From the NCBI GenBank assembly GCA_964016885.1, contig OZ024741.1, forward strand, positions 399,342,001 through 399,406,000: DNA of 64,000 bases. Direction: 5' to 3'. The notes below the pieces were generated by a model. That model worked only from the letters and a program-made list of their open reading frames with translations, did no database searches and was not told where the DNA came from. A program made the position numbers and the translations under genes. Origin of the DNA: Eledone cirrhosa. Its lineage: Eukaryota. How positions within the stretch are numbered: the stretch's first letter is position 1; every line of letters begins with the position of its first letter. Positions 42,684 through 56,880 of this stretch are shown here, piece after piece.

Positions 42684-45600
42684 AGAGTGAGGAACCAGAG
42701 CTGTGAAGAACCAGAGCTGTGAAGAACCAGAGCTGTGAGGAACCAGAGCTGTGAAGAACCAGAGTTGTGAAGAACCAGAGCTGTGAGGAACCAGAGCTGT
42801 GAAGAACCAGAGCTGTGAAGAACCAGAGCTGTGAGGAACCAGAGCTGTGAGGAACCAGAGCTGTGAGAAACCAGAGCTGTGAAGAACCAGAGCTGTGAAG
42901 AACCATAGTTGTGAAGAACCAGAGTTGTGAAGAACCAGAGCTGTGAAGAACCAGAGCTGTGAAGAACCAGAGTTGTGAAGAACCAGAGTTGTGAGGAACC
43001 AGAGCTGTGAAGAACCAGAGCTGTGAAGAACCAGAGCTGTGAGGAACCAGAGCTGTGAAGAACCAGAGTTGTGAAGAACCAGAGCTGTGAGGAACCAGAG
43101 CTGTGAAGAACCAGAGCTGTGAAGAACCAGAGCTGTGAGGAACCAGAGCTGTGAGGAACCAGAGCTGTGAGAAACCAGAGCTGTGAAGAACCAGAGCTGT
43201 GAAGAACCATAGTTGTGAAGAACCAGAGTTGTGAAGAACCAGAGCTGTGAAGAACCAGAGCTGTGAAGAACCAGAGTTGTGAAGAACCAGAGTTGTGAAG
43301 AACCAGAGTTGTGAGGAACCAGAGCTGTGAGGAACCAGAGTTGTGAAGAACAAGAGTTGTGAAGAACCAGAGCTGTGAAGAACCAGAGTTGTGAAGAACC
43401 AGAGATGTGAGGAACCAGAACTGTGAGGAACCAGAGCTGTGAGGAACCAGAGTTGTGAGGAACCAGAGCTGTGAGGATCCAGAGCTGTGAGGAACCAGAG
43501 TTGTGAGGAACCAGAGCTGTGAGGAACCAGAGCTGTGAAGAACCAGAGCTGTGAAGAACCAGAGCTGCGAGGAACCAGAGTTGTGAGGAACCAGAGTTGT
43601 GAAGAACCAGAGCTGTGAAGAACCAGAGTTGTGAAGAACCAGAGTTGTGAGGAACCAGAGCTGTGAAGAACCAGAGCTGTGAGGAACCAGAGCTGTGAAG
43701 AACCAGAGCTGTGAAGAACCAGAGTTGTGAAGAACCAGAGTCGTTGAGGAAACAGAGCTGTGAAGAACCAGAGTTGTGAGGAACCAGAGTTGTGAAGAAC
43801 CAGAGTTGTGAAGAACCAGAGTTGTGAGGAACCAGAGCTGTGAAGAACCAGAGTTGTGAAGAACCAGAGCTGTGAAGAACCAGAGCTGTGAGGAACCAGA
43901 GCTGTGAAGAACCAGAGTTGTGAGGGACCAGAGCTGTGAAGAACCAGAGCTGTGAGGAAACAGAGCTGTGAAGAACCAGAGTTGTGAGGAACCAGAGTTG
44001 TGAGGAAACAGATCTGTGAAGAACCAGAGTTGTGAGGAACCAGAGTTGTGAAGAACCAGAGTTGTGAAGAACCAGAGTTGTGAGGAAACAGAGTTGTGAG
44101 GAACCAGAGTTGTGAAGAACCAGAGCTGTAAAGAACCAGAGTTGTGAAGAACCAGAGCTGTGAAGAACCAGAGCTGTGAGGAACCAGAGCTGTGAAGAAC
44201 CAGAGCTGTGAAGAACCAGAGTTGTGAAGAACCAGAGTTGTGAAGAACCAGAACTGTGAAGAACCAGAGCTGTGAGGAACCAGAGTTGTGAAGAACCAGA
44301 GATGTGAGGAACCAGAACTGTGAGGAACCAGAGCTGTGAGGAACCAGAGTTGTGAGGAACCAGAGCTGTGAGGATCCAGAGCTGTGAGGAACCAGAGTTG
44401 TGAGGAACCAGAGCTGTGAGGAACCAGAGCTGTGAAGAACCAGAGCTGTGAAGAACCAGAGCTGCGAGGAACCAGAGTTGTGAGGAACCAGAGTTGTGAA
44501 GAACCAGAGCTGTGAAGAACCAGAGTTGTGAAGAACCAGAGTTGTGAGGAACCAGAGCTGTGAAGAACCAGAGCTGTGAGGAACCAGAGCTGTGAAGAAC
44601 CAGAGCTGTGAAGAACCAGAGTTGTGAAGAACCAGAGTCGTTGAGGAAACAGAGCTGTGAAGAACCAGAGTTGTGAGGAACCAGAGTTGTGAAGAACCAG
44701 AGTTGTGAAGAACCAGAGTTGTGAGGAACCAGAGCTGTGAAGAACCAGAGTTGTGAAGAACCAGAGCTGTGAAGAACCAGAGCTGTGAGGAACCAGAGCT
44801 GTGAAGAACCAGAGTTGTGAGGGACCAGAGCTGTGAAGAACCAGAGCTGTGAGGAAACAGAGCTGTGAAGAACCAGAGTTGTGAGGAACCAGAGTTGTGA
44901 GGAAACAGATCTGTGAAGAACCAGAGTTGTGAGGAACCAGAGTTGTGAAGAACCAGAGTTGTGAAGAACCAGAGTTGTGAGGAACCAGAGTTGTGAGGAA
45001 CCAGAGTTGTGAAGAACCAGAGCTGTAAAGAACCAGAGTTGTGAAGAACCAGAGCTGTGAAGAACCAGAGCTGTGAGGAACCAGAGCTGTGAAGAACCAG
45101 AGCTGTGAAGAACCAGAGTTGTGAAGAACCAGAGCTGTGAAGAACCACACCTGAAGAACCAGAGAACCAGAGCTGTGAGGAACCAGAGTTGTGAGGAACC
45201 AGAGTTGTGAGGAACCAGAGTTGTGAAGAACCAGAGTTGTGAAGAACCAGAGCTGTGAAGAACCAGAGCTGTGAGGAACCAGAGTTGTGAGGAACCAGAG
45301 CTGTGAAGAACCAGAGTTGTGAGGAACCAGAGTTGTGAAGAACCAGAGCTGTGAAGAACCAGAGCTGTGAGGAACCATAGTTGTGAAGAACCAGAGTTGT
45401 GAAGAACCAGAGTTGTGAAGAACCAGAGTTGTGAAGAACCAGAGTTGTGAAGAACCAGAGTTGTGAAGAACCAGAGCTGTGAAGAACCAGAGCTGTGAGG
45501 AACCAGAGTTGTGAGGAACCAGAGTTGTGAGGAACCAGAGTTGTGAAGAACCAAAGTTGTGAGGAACCAGAGTTGTAAAGAACCAGAGTTGTGAAGAACC

Positions 45601-48600
45601 AGAGTTGTGAAGAACCAGAGTTGTGAGGAACCAGAGTTGTGAAGAACCAGAGTTGTGAGGAACCAGAGCTGTGAGGAACCAGAGTTGTGAGGAACCAGAG
45701 TTGTGAGGAACCACACCTGAAGAACCAAAGCTGTGAAGAACCAGAGCTATGAAGAACCAGAGCTGTGAAGAACCAGAGTTGTGAGGAACCAGAGTTGTGA
45801 GGAACCAGAGCTGTGAGGAACCAGAGCTGTGAGGAACCAGAGTTGTGTGGAACCAGAGTTGTGAGGAACCAGAGCTGTGAGGAACCAGAGCTGTGAGAAA
45901 CCAGAGCTGTGAAGAACCAGAGCTGTGAGGAACCAGAGCTGTGAGGAACCAGAGCTGTGAGAAACCAGAGCTGTGAAGAACCAGAGCTGTGAGGAACCAG
46001 AGCTGTGAGGAACCAGAGCTGTGAGAAACCAGAGCTGTGAAGAACCAGAGCTGTGAAGAACCATAGTTGTGAAGAACCAGAGTTGTGAAGAACCAGAGCT
46101 GTGAAGAACCAGAGCTGTGAAGAACCAGAGTTGTGAAGAACCAGAGTTGTGAGGAACCAGAGCTGTGAAGAACCAGAGCTGTGAAGAACCAGAGCTGTGA
46201 GGAACCAGAGCTGTGAAGAACCAGAGTTGTGAAGAACCAGAGCTGTGAGGAACCAGAGCTGTGAAGAACCAGAGCTGTGAAGAACCAGAGCTGTGAGGAA
46301 CCAGAGCTGTGAGGAACCAGAGCTGTGAGAAACCAGAGCTGTGAAGAACCAGAGCTGTGAAGAACCATAGTTGTGAAGAACCAGAGTTGTGAAGAACCAG
46401 AGCTGTGAAGAACCAGAGCTGTGAAGAACCAGAGTTGTGAAGAACCAGAGTTGTGAAGAACCAGAGTTGTGAGGAACCAGAGCTGTGAGGAACCAGAGTT
46501 GTGAAGAACAAGAGTTGTGAAGAACCAGAGCTGTGAAGAACCAGAGTTGTGAAGAACCAGAGATGTGAGGAACCAGAACTGTGAGGAACCAGAGCTGTGA
46601 GGAACCAGAGTTGTGAGGAACCAGAGCTGTGAGGATCCAGAGCTGTGAGGAACCAGAGTTGTGAGGAACCAGAGCTGTGAGGAACCAGAGCTGTGAAGAA
46701 CCAGAGCTGTGAAGAACCAGAGCTGCGAGGAACCAGAGTTGTGAGGAACCAGAGTTGTGAAGAACCAGAGCTGTGAAGAACCAGAGTTGTGAAGAACCAG
46801 AGTTGTGAGGAACCAGAGCTGTGAAGAACCAGAGCTGTGAGGAACCAGAGCTGTGAAGAACCAGAGCTGTGAAGAACCAGAGTTGTGAAGAACCAGAGTC
46901 GTTGAGGAAACAGAGCTGTGAAGAACCAGAGTTGTGAGGAACCAGAGTTGTGAAGAACCAGAGTTGTGAAGAACCAGAGTTGTGAGGAACCAGAGCTGTG
47001 AAGAACCAGAGTTGTGAAGAACCAGAGCTGTGAAGAACCAGAGCTGTGAGGAACCAGAGCTGTGAAGAACCAGAGTTGTGAGGGACCAGAGCTGTGAAGA
47101 ACCAGAGCTGTGAGGAAACAGAGCTGTGAAGAACCAGAGTTGTGAGGAACCAGAGTTGTGAGGAAACAGATCTGTGAAGAACCAGAGTTGTGAGGAACCA
47201 GAGTTGTGAAGAACCAGAGTTGTGAAGAACCAGAGTTGTGAGGAACCAGAGTTGTGAGGAACCAGAGTTGTGAAGAACCAGAGCTGTAAAGAACCAGAGT
47301 TGTGAAGAACCAGAGCTGTGAAGAACCAGAGCTGTGAGGAACCAGAGCTGTGAAGAACCAGAGCTGTGAAGAACCAGAGTTGTGAAGAACCAGAGTTGTG
47401 AAGAACCAGAACTGTGAAGAACCAGAGCTGTGAGGAACCAGAGTTGTGAAGAACCAGAGATGTGAGGAACCAGAACTGTGAGGAACCAGAGCTGTGAGGA
47501 ACCAGAGTTGTGAGGAACCAGAGCTGTGAGGATCCAGAGCTGTGAGGAACCAGAGTTGTGAGGAACCAGAGCTGTGAGGAACCAGAGCTGTGAAGAACCA
47601 GAGCTGTGAAGAACCAGAGCTGCGAGGAACCAGAGTTGTGAGGAACCAGAGTTGTGAAGAACCAGAGCTGTGAAGAACCAGAGTTGTGAAGAACCAGAGT
47701 TGTGAGGAACCAGAGCTGTGAAGAACCAGAGCTGTGAGGAACCAGAGCTGTGAAGAACCAGAGCTGTGAAGAACCAGAGTTGTGAAGAACCAGAGTCGTT
47801 GAGGAAACAGAGCTGTGAAGAACCAGAGTTGTGAGGAACCAGAGTTGTGAAGAACCAGAGTTGTGAAGAACCAGAGTTGTGAGGAACCAGAGCTGTGAAG
47901 AACCAGAGTTGTGAAGAACCAGAGCTGTGAAGAACCAGAGCTGTGAGGAACCAGAGCTGTGAAGAACCAGAGTTGTGAGGGACCAGAGCTGTGAAGAACC
48001 AGAGCTGTGAGGAAACAGAGCTGTGAAGAACCAGAGTTGTGAGGAACCAGAGTTGTGAGGAAACAGATCTGTGAAGAACCAGAGTTGTGAGGAACCAGAG
48101 TTGTGAAGAACCAGAGTTGTGAAGAACCAGAGTTGTGAGGAACCAGAGTTGTGAGGAACCAGAGTTGTGAAGAACCAGAGCTGTAAAGAACCAGAGTTGT
48201 GAAGAACCAGAGCTGTGAAGAACCAGAGCTGTGAGGAACCAGAGCTGTGAAGAACCAGAGCTGTGAAGAACCAGAGTTGTGAAGAACCAGAGCTGTGAAG
48301 AACCACACCTGAAGAACCAGAGAACCAGAGCTGTGAGGAACCAGAGTTGTGAGGAACCAGAGTTGTGAGGAACCAGAGTTGTGAAGAACCAGAGTTGTGA
48401 AGAACCAGAGCTGTGAAGAACCAGAGCTGTGAGGAACCAGAGTTGTGAGGAACCAGAGCTGTGAAGAACCAGAGTTGTGAGGAACCAGAGTTGTGAAGAA
48501 CCAGAGCTGTGAAGAACCAGAGCTGTGAGGAACCATAGTTGTGAAGAACCAGAGTTGTGAAGAACCAGAGTTGTGAAGAACCAGAGTTGTGAAGAACCAG

Positions 48601-49813
48601 AGTTGTGAAGAACCAGAGTTGTGAAGAACCAGAGCTGTGAAGAACCAGAGCTGTGAGGAACCAGAGTTGTGAGGAACCAGAGTTGTGAGGAACCAGAGTT
48701 GTGAAGAACCAAAGTTGTGAGGAACCAGAGTTGTGAAGAACCAGAGTTGTGAAGAACCAGAGTTGTGAAGAACCAGAGTTGTGAGGAACCAGAGTTGTGA
48801 AGAACCAGAGTTGTGAGGAACCAGAGCTGTGAGGAACCAGAGTTGTGAGGAACCAGAGTTGTGAGGAACCACACCTGAAGAACCAAAGCTGTGAAGAACC
48901 AGAGCTATGAAGAACCAGAGCTGTGAAGAACCAGAGTTGTGAGGAACCAGAGTTGTGAGGAACCAGAGCTGTGAGGAACCAGAGCTGTGAGGAACCAGAG
49001 TTGTGTGGAACCAGAGTTGTGAGGAACCAGAGCTGTGAGGAACCAGAGCTGTGAGAAACCAGAGTTGTGTGGAACCAGAGTTGTGAGGAACCAGAGCTGT
49101 GAGGAACCAGAGTTGTGTGGAACCAGAGTTGTGAGGAACCAGAGCTGTGAGAAACCAGAGTTGTGTGGAACCAGAGTTGTGAGGAACCAGAGTTGTGAGG
49201 AACCAGAGTTGTGAGGAACCAGAGTTGTGAGGAACCAGAGCTGTGAGGAACCAGAGTTGTGTGGAACCAGAGTTGTGAGGAACCAGAGCTGTGAGGAACC
49301 AGAGCTGTGAGGAACCAGAGTTGTGAGGAACCAGAGTTGTGAGGAACCAGAGCTGTGAGGAACCAGAGTTGTGTGGAACCAGAGTTGTGAGGAACCACAC
49401 CTGAAGAACCAGAGTTGTGAAGAACCAGAGCTGTCAGGAACCAGAGCTGTGAGGAACCAGAGCTGTGAGGAACCAGAGTTGTGAGGAACCAGAGTTGTGA
49501 GGAACCACACCTGAAGAACCAGAGTTGTGAAGAACCAGAGCTGTGAAGAACCAGAGCTGTGAGGAACCAGAGTTGTGAAGAACCAGAGCTGTCAGGAACT
49601 AGAGTTGTGAAGAACCAGAGCTGTGAGGAACCAGAGCTATGAAGAACCAGAGCTGTGAAGAACCAGAGTTGTGAGGAACCAGAGCTGTGAGGAACCAGAG
49701 CTGTGAGGAACCACACCTGAAGAACCAGAGTTGTGAGGAACCACACCTGAAGAACCAGAGTTGTGAAGAACCAGAGCTGTGAAGAACCAGAGCTGTGAAG
49801 AACCAGAGCTGTG
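42684..49813. repeat. 7.1-kb 16-bp minisatellite GAACCAGAG(C/T)TGTGA(A/G) with nested 897-bp and 3158-bp higher-order duplications
   Basis: Variant marker AGAGATGTG at 43401, 44298, 46559 and 47456. Confidence 0.95.
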
Positions 49814-49984
49814 AGTATATATTGGTGAGCGACTCCATAACAATCAACCAGCTGGCCTTCTTTTACATACGGTTTAGAATGTACGTATGTTAGTGGCATC
49901 TGTGAAATAAAATGGCTTCAAGCAGAGAGTTACACTGCATGGTGGTCTCGCCTTGCCGGAAACTTAACTTATGTTTTACAGCAT

Positions 49985-50056
<72 letters not shown>

Positions 50057-50111
50057 CTCTTTCTCTCTCTCACACACACATATATATATCTGTGTTGGCA
50101 TATATTTATAT

Positions 50112-50147
<36 letters not shown>

Positions 50148-50206
50148 AAGAGTCGAAGTCAGTGTTTGCTGCATGTGTACAAACTTTATTACATATTACA
50201 ATTGTT

Positions 50207-50242
<36 letters not shown>

Positions 50243-50370
50243 AAGAAATTAACCATCTCTTAATTTCTTCTTAATTTCTTCTTATATATACTCCAGTCCA
50301 ATAAACTGTTGAGTGCTACTTATCCGATATTTGCATTGTTTATTGTTCTACAATAAAACTCACCTCCTAC

Positions 50371-50479
<109 letters not shown>

Positions 50480-50699
50480 CAAAGGAAGTGTGGCAAGGAA
50501 CCAGATGGACCATAACGCACCAGAGTACTCAATACTTAGGGTAGCAGAGTGGGTAATAGGAAAATGTTGAAAACCCCGCCGGCAGAGCTCAAGCCGTTTC
50601 GACGGCTATTTCTGGCTATATCTGGTCCAGAAATAGCCCTCGAAAAGGCTTGAACTCAGCCGTCGCGATATATATATATATGTTTCGTCTTATGTTTCG

Positions 50700-50739
<40 letters not shown>

Positions 50740-51160
50740 CATATATGAGTGTGTGTGCATATGTGCGTGTGTGTGTGTTTATTGAAAATGATATGTATTT
50801 GTTGAAAATTTCGTTGCTTCTTGTTTTCCTTTACTATGAAAAATAGTCTAAGTAATTGTGTAGAAAATCCGTTGGATGGAAAAACGTTGGCAGCGTCACT
50901 GATATCAGTGAACTGACATCTGTCGTATGCTGGATAAGCTACCGATTGCTACGAAGTTAGGCGACCGAAATCCTCTCTTATTTTCAAGTCTTATCAATCG
51001 ACCAGAATGTATATATAACAATGATCTATTTTTAGAAATGTTGAACGGATATTTAGTGGTTATTTAGAATCTTCAACTTATATTCCTTTTTTTTTAAATT
51101 ATAATAAATAGTCTTTCATATTCGGCATAAAAGACTCTGGAGTCTGGAGGGAAACACGTT

Positions 51161-51198
<38 letters not shown>

Positions 51199-51540
51199 GT
51201 GAGAGAGAGACGTTGAGTGGATAAATATTTCTCTTGAAAATTTTACTTTTTTTTACTATGAAAAAAAGCCCAGTAAATTCGGCAGAAAAGCGCCTGGTTA
51301 TAAGACGAAAATAAAACAAAACAAACAACCTGGAAAAATGGAAAAACGAACATTTACTTCTCTTTAGTCCACCTGTGAACCCCCCCCCCCCCCCACACTT
51401 TATATATATTATATATACATGTATATATATACATATATAAAGTGATGAAATGCCTAGGACGGTTGGAAGGCCACTGACGAAGGACTTACTTTTTCATATG
51501 TAACCCATTTGCAACGCCGCAGCTCCATTATTATCATATT

Positions 51541-51601
<61 letters not shown>

Positions 51602-51834
51602 TATATATATAAACATATATATTATATACATATACATATATATATATGTATATATAATATATATATATATAATAATATATATATATATATATTATATATT
51701 ATATATATATGTATATATATATACATGAATATATATAATATATATATATATAATATATAAACATATATATTATATACATATATATACATATATATATATA
51801 TGTATATATAATATATATATAATTATATATATAT

Positions 51835-51909
<75 letters not shown>

Positions 51910-52518
51910 GGTTAAATGTGTGTTTATTTGTGCCTGTGTGCGTGTACGTGTGAGTGTATGTGTGATTGTGGATGTGTGAGTGTGTCGGTCTGTGTCTGTG
52001 TGTGTATGTGTGTGTATGTCTGTGTATGTCTGCATCTGTGTATGTGCGTGTGTGAGTCTGACTGTGTGTGTTTGTGTCTGTGTGTGTCTGTTTCTGTGTG
52101 TGTATGTATCTGTGTATGTATCTATGTGTGTCTGTGTGAATGTATGTGCATGTGTGTATGTGTGTGTATGTGTGTTTGTCTGTATGTGTGCGTGTCAGTG
52201 TGTGTATGTATCTGTGTGTCTGTATCTGTGTGTGTGTTCATTCCTTTCAAAGAATCAATGGTAATTAACCGGCACACACAGGTTCACGTCATATTCTCCA
52301 AGCTATTCCACTCAGAATATATCCTCCCCACCTGTCTGCCAATCTCTCATAGATGGCCTCCACGTCTAACAGAAATATAAGATTGTTTTCTCTTGTAATA
52401 TAAGTTTATATCGTCAGTAACAGGACCTAGCTTGTTAGTTTAATGAGAAATTGTATCGTAGCAAAAACAAATCAATCAAATTCAGACGGTGTGAAGAATG
52501 CTTCCTAGATAATTCGTT

Positions 52519-52571
<53 letters not shown>

Positions 52572-52574
<3 letters not shown>

Positions 52575-53070
52575 TTTTGGTCGTTTTGGAAGCCTCAACA
52601 ATGCAGATGGGTAAATCTCCGGGTAACAGAATCCGGTGGTGAAGAGAGAGATGTAAGGGAATGTAGAATGAGATGTATAGTGTGTGGAGAAACGTAGGAA
52701 AGAGCATAAAAAATAAAAATAATAACACGAGATAGAGTTACCTTGGGAGAGAAATAATTGTCCGTATATTTCGGATTCGCATCCATCAACTGGGGCGTTT
52801 TCGGGGTGGGTGGGTGGGGGTATCTGTCGGAGAGGAACGGTATGTGTCCTCTGCTGTTCGCTGTTTTTGTCTATCTCGTGTTATTATTTTTATTTTTACG
52901 CTCTTTCCTACGTTCCTCCACACACTATACATCTCATTCTACATACCCTTACATCTCTCTCTTCACCACCGGATCCTGTTACCCGGAGAATTACCCATCT
53001 GCATTGTTGAGGCCTCCAAAACGACCAAAAGAAAATAAATCTTATTATTCCACAATGCTTCAAGCAAACT
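52572..53070. mobile_element. (TA)n-flanked fold-back element (~165-bp arms)
   Basis: 52572-52735 is the reverse complement of ~52870-53033. Confidence 0.8.
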
Positions 53071-53077
53071 TCAATAC

Positions 53078-53156
<79 letters not shown>

Positions 53157-53161
<5 letters not shown>

Positions 53162-53212
53162 ATAATAATAAATTTGAAGACTAAAATCCAAAGAGGGCTC
53201 GATAAGGATAAA

Positions 53213-53299
<87 letters not shown>

Positions 53300-53642
53300 G
53301 TATATATATATATAAATGTATATATATAAAGGTATATATATAAAGGTATATATATATATATATAAAGGTATATATATATAAAGGTATGTATATATAAGGG
53401 TATATATATAAAGGTATATATATATATAGGGTGAAAGCAGCGATTTCAAAATATTTCCTTCTGCGTTCACAGATGGATTTTTTTAGTTTCAGAAGATCCC
53501 GTTAAGGGTGAAAGCAGCGATTCTTTGCTTAAACTTTAATCTGTTATTTTAATAAATATTTGCTCTACGGTTCTTATATATTTGATATATATTTATCCAT
53601 ATCGAGCCCTCTTTGGATTTTAGTCTTCAAATTTATTATTAT

Positions 53643-53648
<6 letters not shown>
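53157..53648 (+). mobile_element. 3' terminal fragment of the Penelope-like family at 16195-17553, with an inverted arm
   Basis: 53445-53558 matches 17443-17555; 53157-53215 is inverted relative to 53590-53648. Confidence 0.75.
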
Positions 53649-53703
<55 letters not shown>

Positions 53704-54053
53704 AACGAATAGGACCCCGACGGCTGAGCTCAAGCCGTTTCGACGGCTAGTCCAGAATTAGCCGTCGAAACGGCTTGAGCTCAGCCGTCGGGGTCCTACT
53801 CGTTCCTATTACCCACTCTACTACCCTAAGTATTGAGTACTTTGGTGCGTTATGGTCCATCTAGTTCCTTACCACATTTACTTCGTTACATATATATATA
53901 TTACTGTTGGTTCACCAAAGTGAGCATTCGGTGCGTAGTTTTTAGTATGTATTCTTTGGGGTTGTACTAAGCCGAGTGTAATATTAATAATAAGTTAATA
54001 AGTATGGACGAGGTGGTAACTAAAGGAAAATTTGAGATCTCGTCCATACTTAT

Positions 54054-54190
<137 letters not shown>

Positions 54191-54284
54191 TATGTATGTA
54201 AAAGGTAAATAGAAATAACAACACAATCGGTACAGTATATGGAAGGGATATATTAGGTTAACGCTTGATATAGCAGGAAGAGGG

Positions 54285-54320
54285 TCTTAACGTTTCGGAC
54301 GCTAGTCCTTCATCAGAAGA
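54285..54320 (-). ncRNA. Minimal type I hammerhead, family D
   Basis: TCTT CTGATGA A GGAC-tagc-GTCC GAAA CG TT AAGA; one extra A after the core; palindromic ACGT stem III. Confidence 0.65.
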
Positions 54321-54788
54321 AATAATGAGAAATAAGATAGATTGAGGAGACTGGCGGGTTGGAATAGGAGAAAAATGTCTTTAGATAGAAATAACACGTC
54401 CATTCCTGTTGACATCTCTTGCAAAACTGTTGGTGCTGGCATTTTGTGTATATATATATATATACATATATATATTTCCTCAAACGATCGAGAAGCTCTC
54501 AGACCTCATCCATATACCGATTTGTGAGGATCAAGAAAATAATGTTTCCTTTGGTCATTACATTGCTGATACTATTTATCGGTTGCAACTTCTGGCAGAA
54601 AGCACAACATGAAATTAAGTGTCTTGCTCAAGGACATAAGGCATCACCCGTTTCGGAAATGAAACTCTCAACCTCAGGATTGTGAATCCAATTCTCTAAC
54701 CAGTTAGCCACGCGCCTTCACGTTAGAAAATTTATTCTGATGAAAATATGAATATACTGGTTTTAAGATAATATACCATGTTGTTGAA

Positions 54789-56340
54789 GGCGGCGAATTG
54801 GCAGAGTGGTTAGAACGTCAGATAGAATGGCAGAGTTGGTAGAACGTCAGATAGAATGGCAGAGTTGGTAGAACGTCAGATAGAATGGCGGAGTGGTTAG
54901 AACGTCAGATAGAATGGCAGAGTTGTTAGAACGTCAGATAGAATGGCAGAGTGGTTAGAACGTCAGATAGAATGGCAGAGTGGTTAGAACGTCAGATAGA
55001 ATGGCAGAGTCGTTAGAACGTCAGATAGAATGGCAGAGTGGTTAGAACGTCAGATAGAATGGCAGAGTGGTTAGAACGTCAGATAGAATGGCAGAGTCGT
55101 TAGAACGTCAGATAGAATGGCAGAGTGGTTAGAACGTCAGATAGAATGGCAGAGTGGTTAGAACGTCAGATAGAATGGTAGAGTCTTTAGAACGTCAGAT
55201 AGAATGGTAGAGTGGTTAGAACGTCAGATAGAATGGCAGAGTGGTTAGAACGTCAGATAGAATGGCAGAGTGGTTAGAACGTCAGATAGAATGGCAGAGT
55301 TGTTAGAACGTCAGATAAAATGGCAGAGTAGTTAGAACGTCGGATAGAATGGCAGAGTTGGTAGAACGTCAGATAGAATGGCAGAGTTGTTAGAACGTCA
55401 GATAGAATGGCAGAGTGGTTAGAACGTCAGATAGAATGGTAGAGTCTTTAGAACGTCAGATAGAATGGTAGAGTGGTTAGAACGTCAGATAGAATGGCAG
55501 AGTGGTTAGAACGTCAGATAGAATGGCAGAGTGGTTAGAACGTCAGATAGAATGGCAGAGTTGTTAGAACGTCAGATAAAATGGCAGAGTAGTTAGAACG
55601 TCGGATAGAATGGCAGAGTTGGTAGAACGTCAGATAGAATGGCAGAGTTGTTAGAACGTCAGATAGAATGGCAGAGTGGTTAGAACGTCAGATAGAATGG
55701 CAGAGTTGTTAGAACGTCAGATAGAATGGCAGAGTGGTTAGAACGTCAGATAGAATGGCAGAGTGGTTAGAACGTCAGATAGAATGGCAGAGTTGTTAGA
55801 ACGTCAGATAGAATGGTAGAGTGGTTAGAACGTCAGATAGAATGGCAGAGTTGTTAGAACGTCAGATAGAATGGCAGAGTGGTTAGAACGTCAGATAGAA
55901 TGGCAGAGTGGTTAGAACGTCAGATAGAATGGCAGAGTTGTTAGAACGTCAGATAGAATGGCAGAGTTGTTAGAACGTCAGATAGAATGGCAGAGTGGTT
56001 AGAACGTCAGATAGAATGGCAGAGTGGTTAGAACGTCAGATAGAATGGCAGAGTGGTTAGAACGTCAGATAGAATGGCAGAGTTGTTAGAACGTCAGATA
56101 GAATGGCAGAGTGGTTAGAACGTCAGATCGAATGGCAGAGTGGTTAGAACGTCAGATAGAATGGCAGAGTGGTTAGAACGTCAGATAGAATGGCAGAGTT
56201 GGTAGAACGTCAGATAGAATGTTTTACGGTATTCGTTCCGACTCTCTGCTCTCTGAGTTCAAATCCCGCCGAGGTCAACTTTGCCTTTTATCCATTCGAT
56301 GTTGATAAAAAAAGTACCAGTCTAGTACTGGGGTTCGATT
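54789..56340 (+). mobile_element. SINE (family 1 type) whose A-box head is amplified into 49 tandem 29-bp units (54799-56219)
   Basis: Unit TGGCAGAGTGGTTAGAACGTCAGATAGAA, preceded by the SINE start GGCGGCGAAT and followed by B-box GAGTTCAAATCCC and the central domain. Confidence 0.9.
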
Positions 56341-56741
56341 CTTCCTCTATATCTCTTTCTCATTTCCTCACTTTCACTTTCTATCTCTCTCTGGACGAAA
56401 TCTGCTGTACTCAGGCCTGGAGAGGGATGGGCTCCACCAGGCTTAAAATGCCCAAGAAACGCCGTATGTCACTACGGCACCCCTATGACTCTATCAGGAG
56501 TTACGGGACCATAATACTATGTATTTAGTGAGTCAGACAGTTTTACAAATATTTATGAATGTAGCTATTGCTGCTTTGGACCTTGTTCAGCTCTGACTTA
56601 GCAAACCTTTAATCAAAAGTATTCAGGCTGTTGTCACCTAAACCTTTTTAATCAGGCATACCTTCACTCACAGACACTTTCCAGCATCTGGTCTATCGGG
56701 ACACTGTCTCCTCCATCTGTTTCTTCCACTACTACTATAAT

Positions 56742-56880
56742 AGAAGAAGAAGAAGAAGAAGAAGAAGAAGAAGAAGAAGAAGAAGAAGAAGAAGAAGAAG
56801 AAGAAGAAGAAGAAGAAGAAGAAGAAGAAGAAGAAGAAGAAGAAGAAGAAGAAGAAGAAGAAGAAGAAGAAGACGACGAC
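56742..56880. repeat. (GAA)n microsatellite ending in (GAC)3
   Basis: Read directly. Confidence 0.95.

Noticed and set aside
49814-49880. VYIGE motif just after the minisatellite as a GIY-YIG
   Set aside because: Five residues only; no supporting downstream R/H/E/N motifs.
42355-49899. 2514-aa, 2083-aa and 1217-aa minus-strand ORFs (SSQLWFFTALVLH repeats)
   Set aside because: The 16-bp unit has no stop in any minus frame, so all three frames are open and give the same peptide; minisatellite artefact.
54799-56219. CRISPR-like 29-bp repeats or tRNA gene cluster
   Set aside because: The repeats are contiguous with no spacers; they are only the A-box part of a SINE head and form no cloverleaf.
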